DNA of 64,000 bases, taken from the NCBI GenBank assembly GCA_016839555.1, contig JAEOUA010000010.1, positions 320,001 through 384,000 of the forward strand, in the 5' to 3' direction. This stretch comes from Promethearchaeota archaeon. GTDB taxonomy: Archaea; Asgardarchaeota; Lokiarchaeia; Sigyniarchaeales; SOKP01. Under the pieces are notes generated by a model. The model was not told the DNA's origin and searched no databases. It worked only from the letters and a program-made list of their open reading frames with translations. Positions 30,558-41,725 of the stretch are shown here, one piece after another. Both the position numbers and the translations under genes were made by a program. How positions within the stretch are numbered: the stretch's first letter is position 1; every line of letters starts with the position of its first letter.

Positions 30558-31703
30558 ATGCAAGATACCACTTTCTCTCTTTCGAAAGCTAACTCGACAA
30601 ACGTCAATATAATAAGAGGCCTTTCAATTCAAATAATTGCAATCTCTCATGGATTGGAAAAAATAGGATTAATAGGGCCTGGAAATATTATAGGTGTTAC
30701 AAGTTTTGATTTTTTAATCTTGATGAGTGGAATGCTTATAGCATACTCCATTTTTAAAAATATGAATAATAAAAATTATGATTTTAAAGAATATTTAGTG
30801 AGTAGATTTTCTAGAATTTATATTTCCGTTTTAACGGTTTATACTATTTTAATTTTTATTGAGTGGATAAATAATTACAATTTTTTGAATCATATTTCCA
30901 CTTTTTTCATGAATATTTTATTATTAAATGGTTCCATAATATATTTTTGGCCATACGGACATAGTCATCATCTATGGGCAATTCCTTTTTTTTGGTGGCA
31001 ATATTTATTCTTTGGATGGTTGCTATTAGGTACAAGAACAACAAAAAAAAAATATTTATATTACATCATCTTAGCATTTTTGAGTTTTATGATGTATCTG
31101 ATCCTTTTTGGTTGGCGAGATGAGGCCAAAATAGTTTATTTAGTTATTTGGTATTTAGGAGCTAATCTCACGTTCCTTATGGCAAGATTATATAAAAAGA
31201 TCAAAGATAAATCAACTATAAATGGAGTTTTAAATGAAGAAAAGCGAATTCAATTGGAAAAAAAAGTCAAATATATTTCATTAATTATGTCAATATTATT
31301 CTTTAGCTTAGCAATAATTAGATCTATAACATTTAAAAGTTTTCTTGATCATTATGAACTATACTATAATGTCTTAATGGCTTGTTCAATATCATTCTTA
31401 TTACTTTTTACACAATATAGTAAGTTTAATTATCCTCAAAAATTTAGAAAAGTCATTAATTTCTTAGCAAGTTATTCTTTTACACTATTTTTAATTCATA
31501 TATCTTTATATTATCTCTTCTTTAACATTAGTACAGATTTAGGGTTTTTTATTATGGTCTATATAATAATAAATATTATATCAATTATTATCGCCTACTT
31601 TACAGAAATGAGATACCATAAGTTTAGAAGCTATTTAATGAAGAAATTCAAATTGGATTCAAAACCTAAAGAGGTTATAAAATCTATCAAAACAACACCT
31701 TAA
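30558..31703 (+). CDS. Acyltransferase-3 (OafA-like) membrane protein
   Basis: IRG...SH, SGMLI, SRFSRIY, LW, SFTLFLIH, TE. Confidence 0.8.
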   Translation: MQDTTFSLSKANSTNVNIIRGLSIQIIAISHGLEKIGLIGPGNIIGVTSFDFLILMSGMLIAYSIFKNMNNKNYDFKEYLVSRFSRIYISVLTVYTILIFIEWINNYNFLNHISTFFMNILLLNGSIIYFWPYGHSHHLWAIPFFWWQYLFFGWLLLGTRTTKKKYLYYIILAFLSFMMYLILFGWRDEAKIVYLVIWYLGANLTFLMARLYKKIKDKSTINGVLNEEKRIQLEKKVKYISLIMSILFFSLAIIRSITFKSFLDHYELYYNVLMACSISFLLLFTQYSKFNYPQKFRKVINFLASYSFTLFLIHISLYYLFFNISTDLGFFIMVYIIINIISIIIAYFTEMRYHKFRSYLMKKFKLDSKPKEVIKSIKTTP

Positions 31704-31767
31704 GAAAGTTATCTTATAAAATTATAAATAGAATTAATTTCATTATATTATTTGTGGGATTATAAAA

Positions 31768-32298
31768 ATGGATGTTGAGGATATTGAGCAATTAAATGAA
31801 GAAATTAAAAACCCCGTGAGCAATATTAAACCATTGAGGGGATTTGAGATTATCGCAGAATCAATGGTGTATATGGTTTATGACATTTTCGGGAGAAATT
31901 TGTTACTTTCCATACTGTATCAAATGGGAGCTGGTCCAGGATACCAAATTGCTGAAAGGCTTAAAAAAGAGTATCAAAAAGAAGAATTTGAGATTTTTGA
32001 ATTAATTAAAATCTTAGTAAAAGAATTAAAAGATTATTACTCCATTCAAATTAAATCAATTGAAGAATCGGAAGACAAATTAAGGATTGTAATTGAAAAT
32101 CATTGCTTTTTACGTGATCCAATCAAACATCGAGAACGGTTGAAATTTGGAAAAGCTTTTTGCCGGGTAAATAAAGGATACTTTGAAACGTTGTTTAAGG
32201 CATTATTAGGAGAAAAAACAAGGAGTATTGAAATTAATTTCTTGGAAAATGATCCCGAAAAAGATTTGTGCATTGAAGAATTGATTTTTAAGTTCTAA
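31768..32298 (+). CDS. V4R / TRAPP Bet3-like domain protein
   Basis: LYQMGAGPG, HCFLR, FCRVNKGYFE, terminal CIEELIF. Confidence 0.65.
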   Translation: MDVEDIEQLNEEIKNPVSNIKPLRGFEIIAESMVYMVYDIFGRNLLLSILYQMGAGPGYQIAERLKKEYQKEEFEIFELIKILVKELKDYYSIQIKSIEESEDKLRIVIENHCFLRDPIKHRERLKFGKAFCRVNKGYFETLFKALLGEKTRSIEINFLENDPEKDLCIEELIFKF

Positions 32299-32555
32299 TT
32301 TTTTTTCTATTTAATTGTGAGTTGTTTAAATAAATTTAATATCGAATTCATTACATCTTCTTTTAATTTTTTTTACAAAATGTGTAAAAATTAGGGCATT
32401 GAGTGTATCTATTTCTTTAAAAATTCGTTTTTTCTTTTTTGAAAAGTGAGAAAACACTCATAATATCACAAAATATTAAATCGAATTAAAATTATTAAAA
32501 ATATTAAATCAAATTAAAAAAAATCTATATATATTTAAATTGAGTGTAAAATAAA

Positions 32556-33743
32556 ATGGTTGATGTTAAAAAAATAGCTGTGGTTGGCTCTGGATTAATG
32601 GGCAGTGGAATTGGTCAAGTTGCATTAATGGGTGGATATAGTGTTGTAATGATTGATATAAAAGAAGAATTTGTCGACAAAGGAGTTGCTAAAATAAAAG
32701 AAGGAATAGAAAAAGTGGCTGCAAAAGGATTATTAGGTGAAGGACAAAGTGCTGCTGATGTAATGGCAAAATGTTCAAAAAATATTGATCTTGCAAATGC
32801 AGTAAAAGATTGTGATTTTGTTATAGAAGCTGTAATAGAAAAAATGGATGTGAAGAAGGATGTATGCAAAACGGTTATGGATAATGGTCCTGATCATATT
32901 ATATTTACATCAAATACATCCACAATGAGTATTACGGAAATTGGGAAGGAGAGTGGAGCACCAGACAGGGTTTGTGGGATGCATTTCTTTAATCCACCTC
33001 CCTTGATGAGGTTGATTGAAGTGATAAGGAGCGAAGATACTTCCGATGAGACCTTTGAGACAGCAAAGGCGGCTGCTGCATCCTTTCCATGTCTTCGTGG
33101 AGACCGATACATAGCCCCTGTATTAAAAGACGCTCCAGGATTCATTGTAAACCGAATGAATGCCCCCGTGCAGATTTATTTATCATGGTGTTTTGATCAA
33201 GTTGATCAAAAAGGGCTTGATTGGGTTCAATTAGATGCCGATGCTGGCGGAAAAATGCCTATGCCTCCATGCATGTTAACTGATTTCGTTGGTATCGATA
33301 CAATGTACCATGTTATGAGTTATTACCAAGAAACTCTTTCACCCGATTTTAAACAAGGTAAAGTGATTACTGAATTATATGAATCCGGCAATTTAGGTGA
33401 AAAAACTGGCAAGGGATTTTATGATTGGAGTCAAGGCAGAGATGCTATTAAGAGTAAAATCAAAGGGGCCGAACCTGCTGGTCTCTTCGATTTAAATACC
33501 ACTTTTGCTATAATGTTGAATGAAGGATGTCGAGTATTGGATGAAGGAATAGCGAGTGGATTTAAAGTAATTGATGATGCTAATATGGCTGGTATGAATG
33601 CCCCCGGACCGTTTGGGTGGGGTAAAAGAAATTACGAAAATGCGGCCAATATTTTAAATGAATTAGCTGATAAAACGGGTAAAAATTACTTTAGACCAAT
33701 TGAGTTATTAAAGTCCGGTAATTTTTCAAAGATGAGAAAATAA
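32556..33743 (+). CDS. 3-hydroxyacyl-CoA dehydrogenase with duplicated C-terminal domain
   Basis: GSGLMGSG, EAVIE, SNTS, GMHFFNP, PGFIVNR. Confidence 0.92.
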   Translation: MVDVKKIAVVGSGLMGSGIGQVALMGGYSVVMIDIKEEFVDKGVAKIKEGIEKVAAKGLLGEGQSAADVMAKCSKNIDLANAVKDCDFVIEAVIEKMDVKKDVCKTVMDNGPDHIIFTSNTSTMSITEIGKESGAPDRVCGMHFFNPPPLMRLIEVIRSEDTSDETFETAKAAAASFPCLRGDRYIAPVLKDAPGFIVNRMNAPVQIYLSWCFDQVDQKGLDWVQLDADAGGKMPMPPCMLTDFVGIDTMYHVMSYYQETLSPDFKQGKVITELYESGNLGEKTGKGFYDWSQGRDAIKSKIKGAEPAGLFDLNTTFAIMLNEGCRVLDEGIASGFKVIDDANMAGMNAPGPFGWGKRNYENAANILNELADKTGKNYFRPIELLKSGNFSKMRK

Positions 33744-33948
33744 ATAATTACCTAAATCTCCTTTTTTTCTTTTTTTAGTTTAATTTTTAAACTTTTAACA
33801 AATCCCTATTTTTTTATAATGTGAAAATTGTTTTCATTCGAAAAATTTGAAAATTTTTAATTATTTAAGAAATTACATAAATTATTCAATTTCAAGAATA
33901 AATAGTAAAAAACAATTTTAAAAAATAAAATAAGACGAGGTAATTTAA

Positions 33949-34776
33949 ATGTCTGAAGAAGAATATCAACATATAAAAGTAGAAAAGAATGAAGAGGGCA
34001 ATTACGTAGTTGTTTCAATTAATCGCCCCGAAAAATTAAATGCCCTTCAAATATTAACAGTTAAGGAAATATATGAAGCCTTAGAAAAGTATGAATTAGA
34101 TAGTAGCGTAAGATGCGGGGTGTTAAGGGGAACAAAAGAATATACTAAAAAACCAGCATTTTCTTCTGGAGCAGATTTATCCTCTTCTTTTGGACCAGGA
34201 GTAAAGCCCAATATCCCTGTACATATGTCTATTGCCATGCAAATGAGACATCGATACTATGATCTTATTGAAGCGTGGCCTAAACCTCTTATTGCAGCTG
34301 TAGATGGGTATGCTTTTGGAGGAGGATGTGAATTAACATTAGTTTGTGATTTAGTGATTGCCAGCAAAAGATCCGAATTTGGTTTTCCTGAAATTAAGAG
34401 AGGAATTTATCCTGCAAACGGAGGAACTCAAAGAATGGTTCGGAATATTGGTTTAGCAAGAACTATGAAAATGATCTATTTTGGAGAGCGTGTTGATGCT
34501 GAAACAATGGCAGAATGGGGATATGTCTCTTTCTTAGCTGAAGAAGGAGAAGAATTCGAGAAGTTAGTACACGAAAAAGCCTCAGAATTAGGTCATTCTG
34601 CAACGACCTCTTTAACCGTAATTAAGAAATGTGTAAAATATGGTACACAAGTTCCTATCCCAATCGGTCTTCAGTTTGAACAATTAGGATTTGGAGTCAA
34701 CTCTGCAGCCGGAGATGTCAAAGAAGGAATCACCTCATTCTTAAGAAGAAAAGAGCCTGAGTATAAAGGATATTAA
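33949..34776 (+). CDS. Enoyl-CoA hydratase/isomerase
   Basis: NRPEKLNAL, FSSGADL, GGGCEL, PEI. Confidence 0.92.
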   Translation: MSEEEYQHIKVEKNEEGNYVVVSINRPEKLNALQILTVKEIYEALEKYELDSSVRCGVLRGTKEYTKKPAFSSGADLSSSFGPGVKPNIPVHMSIAMQMRHRYYDLIEAWPKPLIAAVDGYAFGGGCELTLVCDLVIASKRSEFGFPEIKRGIYPANGGTQRMVRNIGLARTMKMIYFGERVDAETMAEWGYVSFLAEEGEEFEKLVHEKASELGHSATTSLTVIKKCVKYGTQVPIPIGLQFEQLGFGVNSAAGDVKEGITSFLRRKEPEYKGY

Positions 34777-34953
34777 ATTTTTTCCTTTCTTTTTATTTTT
34801 TTTATATCTTTTTATTATAATCTTATAACTTGTTTTTTTGAAAGAATATATTTTATTTTATAGAGAATTGATATTGGTAAAAAAGATTAATATATCCGAT
34901 AATAATCTTAAATAAAAAATGATAAGATAAATTAATCTTTTTAAAAAAAAGAT

Positions 34954-35517
34954 ATGAATCCGAATCCTAAGCGAGAAATCATACAAGAAATCGATGATGG
35001 CATAATATATTTAAGAAAAATAGTCAAACAAGATGCCTATTTTCTATTAAATAGTTTAAAGGATAAACAATTAACAAAATACATGGTATTAAGACCATTA
35101 AAATCGTTGAAGGATATTAAAAATTTAATTAAAAAACACCTTGATTATTGGGAACATCATCTCCAGTTTAATTATATAATTGAAATTGAGAAAGAACACA
35201 TTAAGGAATCAATTGGCTTGGTAAATCTTTGGAATATAAATTGGACCCATAAAAGAGCTGAAATAGGTATCTGGATTATTCCTTCTTATTGGAGAAAAAG
35301 GTATGGGAGAAAAGCTCTTGACCTGATTAAAATTGTGGGGTTTAATCATTTAAAGTTTAATAGACTTGAAGCTCATGTAATAATTAAAAATAAGCGTTCT
35401 GTTAATTTCTTTATGAACTGTGGGTTTAAAAAAGAGTGTGTGTTGCAAAAGTATCTTAATTTAAGAGGTTTATATTATGACACAATTCTATTAAGGATTT
35501 TAAAGTCTGAATTATAG
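34954..35517 (+). CDS. GNAT N-acetyltransferase (RimJ/RimL-like)
   Basis: AEIGIWIIPSYWRKRYG, NKRS, GFKKE. Confidence 0.85.
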   Translation: MNPNPKREIIQEIDDGIIYLRKIVKQDAYFLLNSLKDKQLTKYMVLRPLKSLKDIKNLIKKHLDYWEHHLQFNYIIEIEKEHIKESIGLVNLWNINWTHKRAEIGIWIIPSYWRKRYGRKALDLIKIVGFNHLKFNRLEAHVIIKNKRSVNFFMNCGFKKECVLQKYLNLRGLYYDTILLRILKSEL

Positions 35518-35628
35518 CTTGCTCCATTTTTTTATTATTAAAGTAGTTCTGAAATTAATGTTTTAGTGATTTAAAAAAGTTAAAAAAAAAGATTTTATTA
35601 TTAGTTAAGGTGTTTAGGATGAATTTAC

Positions 35629-38178
35629 CTATTTCAATTTTTTGAAGCTCGTGGGCTGAAATTCTTTACCAACATTTTTTTTAAAAACTTCGCTGAACAT
35701 TTCTTTTCTATTTGAAGTTGCTATATCTGGTATGCGTTTTCTCTTTAAAGATTTTCTATATTTTCTTAATTTTCTAATGGCAGGGGGATATTTTAAATAT
35801 ACACGATATAAGATTACATATCCCGCGAGCCCAACCCCAGCAGCAACTCCAGCAACAATTGAAAAAATTAACCATCTTTGTGAAGCCTTGATTTCTTCTT
35901 GTATTCGTAAATAATTTGAATAAAACGATAAAAATAAGGGGAGATAATTAACACTCGGTGCAATTTCAAATTTGATATCAAATTGTTTATTTATATGATA
36001 ACTTGAATTACCATAAACCGTTATTGTAGTGTTTCCTGATGTCAAAGTACTTGTATCAACTATTAATAAGTATACCCCTGGTTCATCCATCGTTAAGTTT
36101 TTGGCAGAATAATTAGAATATACGAATGCATAATCAGTAGTTATAGGAGTATCATCCACCTTATCTTTAAATTCTATGTTTATAACAATGGTACCCGTAA
36201 CGTTTTCAAAATAATAAACTCCATCAACTTCAACATCATAATTTTGGGGTATAAAATCTGCATCATGTATAACTGTAAATTTTCTTGAAATAAGTCCAGT
36301 TTCATTCAATCCAAAGTTATTAAATGAATTATTCCAAGCTACAGCTACTTCATACTCCCCAAATTCATACTCAGGACCACTTGTTGGAATGGAAATAGGA
36401 TTAAAATAGACATTACCATCATTCTCCACATTCTTATATTGGGATTTCCAAGTTGTACCGTTCGGAAATCGAACCCATAGATATGCTTGGGTTTGATTCA
36501 AATAACTTTCCACTACTTCAGTTTTCGTGATTTTTGCGGTAATATTAAGAGTATCTCCGCTAAGAACTGTAGAGTTCTCAACCCAACCTCCAAAATAGTC
36601 ATTATAAAATTTCAGATCCTTATAGTAATTCGGTGATACCCCTTTAATTAGGAAAAATCCAGTACTTTCGCTATAAATTGTGCTTACAGGAATATCTAAT
36701 AATCCAGCTGTAGAATTATAACAGTCTCCTAAGATATTATTTATAGAATCTGTGGGGGTATATACTTCCGTTATATTCACATCCTCGGGAAATGAAATTG
36801 TTAAATTAGTTTCTTCGTAATCAGCAGGAAGCAATATATATGCATATGTGAGCCAATTTACTAATCCCCCATCCTCAACCTCAAAATTTGTCCCAGGATT
36901 AAATGTCTCTTTATTCCAAGTAGATTCAGGTTGATCTTTTCTCATAAAAAGATTGATATCAGTAGCAAACTCAATTTTATAAGAACTGTTATCAGTTACT
37001 CCAAAATGACTTGAAGTGAAGGAAGGAAAATTCCAAACATAAGAACTTGAAAACTCAACAAGAATTTTATCTCCACTCCATGTTCCGACATCACTTGAAT
37101 TCAATTCTTTATAGCCTTTCCCCCAATCTAAATCGACTATTTGTGAATTATTTAGCTTTAAATCTATTTGGGTTGGTTTAACTTCGGCTTTAGGTATTAA
37201 TTTAATATTATCTAAAAATAACTGTTGAAATTCTATATCCGAAAAACCGGAGGAATAGCTTGCAGATGCGGAATTATATTCTAAGGCAGCACTTATATCT
37301 ATTTGTGAACCGTTGAGTGGATCTGAGAAAATTGATGAAACATTTGTCCATAATCCCATTGGTATATTAAAAGTCTCCCATTCCGTTTCACCATATCCTT
37401 GAAGTGTGTAAATACCGATACTATAAATCTTTTGATTATTTAATGTAATTGTTAATTCCCAAGAATTGAAATTTGTAACATGATAAGGATTTACATCAAA
37501 TTGCAATTCACAATCTATTAATATTCCTCTTTCAATAATAATTGAAGTATTCCACATACATTTATCACCTTCATTATATCTATACCAATCGTGTGGTTCA
37601 TCATCAATAAATTGACCATCCATTCTTAATTCTATACAATCATGTCCAACTATATTATCCTCATAATTTCCTGACATATCATTATTATTACCAATATCTA
37701 TTTCGGAAAATGTCCAATTTTGATATTGATTTTCAATATATTCGCTATCATCTTCTCCAGGATTAGTTCCGTTATCAGCGCCATAATGAAATGAACCATT
37801 ATTCCAATTCTTTATATCATATAAATTATAAATATTTGATGCAAGTCTATAACCTTCCCAGCTATTTAAAGGCATTTCCAAAGTATCAGTTGTACCATTT
37901 GTAAAACTTAGATCAGAAAAGGATTCTGTAGCATTCGCATAATGCGTGATATTCCATGCAGCTCCAAACCCGCTATAACTGACACTGCCATCATCAAAAG
38001 TTAGACCCTGGGATTTCACATTATTTCCAATATTAAAAAGATTGTAATTATTATCATTATCATTAGAAAATAGGAATTCCTGCGAAGAAATACTTAGGAA
38101 TAGTGAACTCAATAAAAATGTTGTCGATAATGCGATGACAAATAAGATTCTCTTATTTTTTTTTCGTTTGATTTTCAT
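35629..38178 (-). CDS. Large membrane-anchored surface glycoprotein with conserved basic tail
   Basis: Signal-like N-terminus, many NxS/T sequons, C-terminal TM then YLKYPPAIRKLRKYRKSLKR. Start at 38178 has GGTG upstream; the track start is 38211. Confidence 0.8.
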   Translation of the reverse strand: MKIKRKKNKRILFVIALSTTFLLSSLFLSISSQEFLFSNDNDNNYNLFNIGNNVKSQGLTFDDGSVSYSGFGAAWNITHYANATESFSDLSFTNGTTDTLEMPLNSWEGYRLASNIYNLYDIKNWNNGSFHYGADNGTNPGEDDSEYIENQYQNWTFSEIDIGNNNDMSGNYEDNIVGHDCIELRMDGQFIDDEPHDWYRYNEGDKCMWNTSIIIERGILIDCELQFDVNPYHVTNFNSWELTITLNNQKIYSIGIYTLQGYGETEWETFNIPMGLWTNVSSIFSDPLNGSQIDISAALEYNSASASYSSGFSDIEFQQLFLDNIKLIPKAEVKPTQIDLKLNNSQIVDLDWGKGYKELNSSDVGTWSGDKILVEFSSSYVWNFPSFTSSHFGVTDNSSYKIEFATDINLFMRKDQPESTWNKETFNPGTNFEVEDGGLVNWLTYAYILLPADYEETNLTISFPEDVNITEVYTPTDSINNILGDCYNSTAGLLDIPVSTIYSESTGFFLIKGVSPNYYKDLKFYNDYFGGWVENSTVLSGDTLNITAKITKTEVVESYLNQTQAYLWVRFPNGTTWKSQYKNVENDGNVYFNPISIPTSGPEYEFGEYEVAVAWNNSFNNFGLNETGLISRKFTVIHDADFIPQNYDVEVDGVYYFENVTGTIVINIEFKDKVDDTPITTDYAFVYSNYSAKNLTMDEPGVYLLIVDTSTLTSGNTTITVYGNSSYHINKQFDIKFEIAPSVNYLPLFLSFYSNYLRIQEEIKASQRWLIFSIVAGVAAGVGLAGYVILYRVYLKYPPAIRKLRKYRKSLKRKRIPDIATSNRKEMFSEVFKKNVGKEFQPTSFKKLK

Positions 38179-38458
38179 TTTAACACCGATATATTTATGT
38201 AAATATTTCAATTATAGAAATAATTTATTTGATTTTTTTAGATTTCATTTATAATTATAAGAAAATACCTTTTTTATTATAAATTTTTTCTACCTTAGGA
38301 TATAATTTAAGATTTCTAATTCAAATCTTTGGTTTGAGAACTAATTTTATGATTACAAGAGGTTGCTTTTGATTATTTTTTGCTTTATAACACAAGATAA
38401 ATAAAATAATTATAGAAAAAACTATTAAAATTTAATTTTAGTTAAAATTTTTTTATTT

Positions 38459-41400
38459 CTATATCTTTTCTCTAAATGCGTGTTCCCGACTAATTACTGA
38501 AATATCCCTTGGAATCTTTTCTTTTTTTAAACTTTTACGATATTTCCTCAGTTTTCTGATAGGTTCTGGAAATCTTAAGACTTTAAAATAGTAGATAAAG
38601 TATGATACAAAAGCTACGGCAATTGCGGCTAATCCAATAAAGGTTGCGAGGAATATGGGTGAAATAGTCGTTCTAGTCACAGGTATAATCGTGTAAAGAT
38701 TATAGCCGATTACTAAAGAAACATCATCAATGCTTATAGCTATCGTTTCATTTAATCCAAACTCATCCGCCAATACTACTTGAATAGTGAGATTGATATT
38801 TTCATTATAAGGTATTAAATCAGTGACATCGAACCCGCCAGATGATGCTCTTTGGAAATCGGTCGTAGCATCGTACAATTTAATTGTTTCTGTATTTTCT
38901 ATACCATTTATCAAAAATCGGAACTCCGAATTAGATGTTAAATTAAATGGAATCGTTTTGTTTGTCTTATAATCAAAATTTAATAATGCCTGCGTTATAT
39001 CAACTATTATCCCAGCACCGTAGTAAAGTTTTTTCCCTTTATATTCCCATGAAACTTTGGAAAATCGATTTATGACTCGTCTGTAAGTTATATTGAAATC
39101 ACAGGCTTTTATCAACACATTTACAAATTCATCAATATCTGTCGTAAAATTATCTTCACAATTGAATTCCATTCCTAAAATGAGTGTGAAATTCCTATAA
39201 TTACCTTCTAAGACTTGATTTATGTAAAAAATTAAGTCATACATATTTTTTGGGCTAAATATTGTATCATATAAAAAATCTGTGTGGTCATACCCTAATC
39301 CTTCATTTCGTCCCAATGATTTATTTAAATATGTGGCTACTGTAAAATTTAAAGTTTTATCAGCATTAGCAAGCATTACATAAAACTTAACGAAATCACC
39401 TTCAGTAATACTCCATCCATGTCCTTCATCATCTCCATATACATCTATCCCTCCATATCCACCAGTTACATCATCTCCCCATCCCTTTTCTTCTTTTACT
39501 GTGGCATTTACAGTTACTTCTAAAGTGGCAGAAGTAATATTAAAATCAGCCATATCTCGAGGCATTGTTATTAATTTTTCCCATTGTACGCTAACTCTCT
39601 GATCAGCATTATAAATGGAGCCACTATGTTCATCCCAAAGATGTGAGGCATAAAATCCTGATTCGTTTAAGCCAAACCCAAGAGTGGGATAAGCACTAAC
39701 TCTATAATTAGTTGAATTAAACCAGTAAGGAGAAGATATATTAGTTGGTGTGCCCGAATGCACTTGGAATGTTTCCTCTAAACCATTAATTATATAATTT
39801 GCCATTTCATTTTTAATGTTATAATCAATATCATAATCATCTGCATCAATAATAGGAAACCAATTATCTGCGGTTTCAAATCCAGAATTTTTTACCCATT
39901 CTTCTCGGAAAGCCCCTGCGACTAATTGAGTATCGCCTGATTGGCTTGAGACAATCTGATTTTGGGAAATAGTTAACTTGGGAATAGTTTCACTTGAAGC
40001 TGTAACTAATATTGGAGATAAAAGAAATCCAAACATAAAAAAGAACAACATAAAAACAACTATGAGAACTTTTTTATTATTATTTATGGACTTTCTTGAT
40101 TCTATTATTTTCTTTTTAGCTTTTTGGGCAAGATTTTTAATCGATTCACTTGTTGTTAATTTCTCTTCACCTTTCATCTTTGATAAGAAGGATTTTTCAC
40201 GGTTTTTTACTTCTATATTAGGGATTTTTGATTTTTTTAACGATTTTCGATATTTTTTTAATTTTCGAATAGGTTTTGGAAATCGGAGCACTCTACTGTA
40301 ATATATATAATAGCCTGATAATCCACCTATCACTGCCAATGCGAGAATAACCATTATAATTGGTAAAATAGATTCTTGCTCGCTAATCGTTGGATTAAAA
40401 TAAAGTAGACTATAGTTGATATTTAATTTCACATTATCAATTGAAATCATATAAATTTTATCCAAATCAAATTCATCAGCGATATAGACTTCAATCTTTA
40501 TTTTAAGTGGCTTATTTTTGGAAAGAGAGACAAATTCTGTTAAATCAAACCCATTTTCTTTTATGCTTTCTAGTGTTTGGTCTAACTCGCTTAATCTTAC
40601 TTTTTCCTTATAGAGTTTATCATTCAAATATACCCTGATTTCAGAATTCCTACTTATATTCCCAATTAAACTATCACTTATGTTGGCATCAAAGAATAAT
40701 TTCGCATCTAAAATGTTAAGGATACCGCCCTTCGAATCTATTTGGTTTCCTTGATATTCCCACGAAGCTGAAGAATATTTATTAATCACTTTTTCATAAG
40801 AAATTGAAAGACTAAGATTTTTAATCCATAAAGCATCCCAGTAATCTGCATCTGTAGGATATCCGTTATCTTCACACCACAAATAGATTCCTATTGTTAA
40901 TGAAAAATTATGATTATCCTTTTTTAATACTTCATCTAAATAAAATCGTAAAGTATCCTCATTTTGGGGTTCTATTTTAGTATCATTTAAATCCGTTATA
41001 GGGGGATCGACATCTCCATCTTTACCCAAATTTGTTGTTCGATAATATATTGTTTCAAATTCTCTACTTTTATCTAAATTTGAGATATATACAAAAAAGG
41101 CAGCATAATCTCCCAAAGCATAATATATATCATTACTTCCAACCTGTTTTGTATCTCCTGGGATATCAATTCCTCCATTATCTAGAGATTCCGCTTGAAC
41201 AGTTGCATTGATCCATGCTTCTAAGGAAGCATTAGTAATATTATAATCAGACATATCCTCCTGAATAGTGAAATTTTTCTGCCATTGAACTTTAATTGAC
41301 TGATTCACTTGATTATCCCAAGTATGATCTGCATACCAACCAAAAGAATTAGCATCAAAATTATCTGGGAGGGTCATGTTATCCTCATTTTTTATTCGAA

Positions 41401-41725
41401 TCCAACTCCCCGCATCTGGGGTTTCTATCCAAGTGTTATTTCCCTTATATCCCGTAATATTATAGTTAGCTGTCCCATTTTGAATATTAGTACTCAAATC
41501 ATTTTGATCTCCACTAATTAATGAATTCCACCCAGCAGAGTTCTCAAATTCAGAATTTTTTATCCATTGGTCTGATTGAGGTATAATAATCCAAGGACTA
41601 GTGGTATCTTGCCCTCTAACTTTGAATGAAGTCGAAAAAGCTACAATATCAAAAATGATAATAAAACCAACTAAAATTGAGATTAAAATTTTTTTATTTG
41701 GAAGTATAGTTTTATTTTCATTCAT
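38459..41725 (-). CDS. Double-unit surface glycoprotein (two ectodomain-TM-tail units)
   Basis: Two copies each of WxKNSxF, CEDN, ADEF and TM+RFPxPIRKLxKYRKSLKK. Confidence 0.8.
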   Translation of the reverse strand: MNENKTILPNKKILISILVGFIIIFDIVAFSTSFKVRGQDTTSPWIIIPQSDQWIKNSEFENSAGWNSLISGDQNDLSTNIQNGTANYNITGYKGNNTWIETPDAGSWIRIKNEDNMTLPDNFDANSFGWYADHTWDNQVNQSIKVQWQKNFTIQEDMSDYNITNASLEAWINATVQAESLDNGGIDIPGDTKQVGSNDIYYALGDYAAFFVYISNLDKSREFETIYYRTTNLGKDGDVDPPITDLNDTKIEPQNEDTLRFYLDEVLKKDNHNFSLTIGIYLWCEDNGYPTDADYWDALWIKNLSLSISYEKVINKYSSASWEYQGNQIDSKGGILNILDAKLFFDANISDSLIGNISRNSEIRVYLNDKLYKEKVRLSELDQTLESIKENGFDLTEFVSLSKNKPLKIKIEVYIADEFDLDKIYMISIDNVKLNINYSLLYFNPTISEQESILPIIMVILALAVIGGLSGYYIYYSRVLRFPKPIRKLKKYRKSLKKSKIPNIEVKNREKSFLSKMKGEEKLTTSESIKNLAQKAKKKIIESRKSINNNKKVLIVVFMLFFFMFGFLLSPILVTASSETIPKLTISQNQIVSSQSGDTQLVAGAFREEWVKNSGFETADNWFPIIDADDYDIDYNIKNEMANYIINGLEETFQVHSGTPTNISSPYWFNSTNYRVSAYPTLGFGLNESGFYASHLWDEHSGSIYNADQRVSVQWEKLITMPRDMADFNITSATLEVTVNATVKEEKGWGDDVTGGYGGIDVYGDDEGHGWSITEGDFVKFYVMLANADKTLNFTVATYLNKSLGRNEGLGYDHTDFLYDTIFSPKNMYDLIFYINQVLEGNYRNFTLILGMEFNCEDNFTTDIDEFVNVLIKACDFNITYRRVINRFSKVSWEYKGKKLYYGAGIIVDITQALLNFDYKTNKTIPFNLTSNSEFRFLINGIENTETIKLYDATTDFQRASSGGFDVTDLIPYNENINLTIQVVLADEFGLNETIAISIDDVSLVIGYNLYTIIPVTRTTISPIFLATFIGLAAIAVAFVSYFIYYFKVLRFPEPIRKLRKYRKSLKKEKIPRDISVISREHAFREKI

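Noticed and set aside
32400-32547. TGAGTGT / ACACTCA copies upstream of the 3-hydroxyacyl-CoA dehydrogenase
   Set aside because: Only 7 bp; the last copy is explained as a ribosome-binding site.
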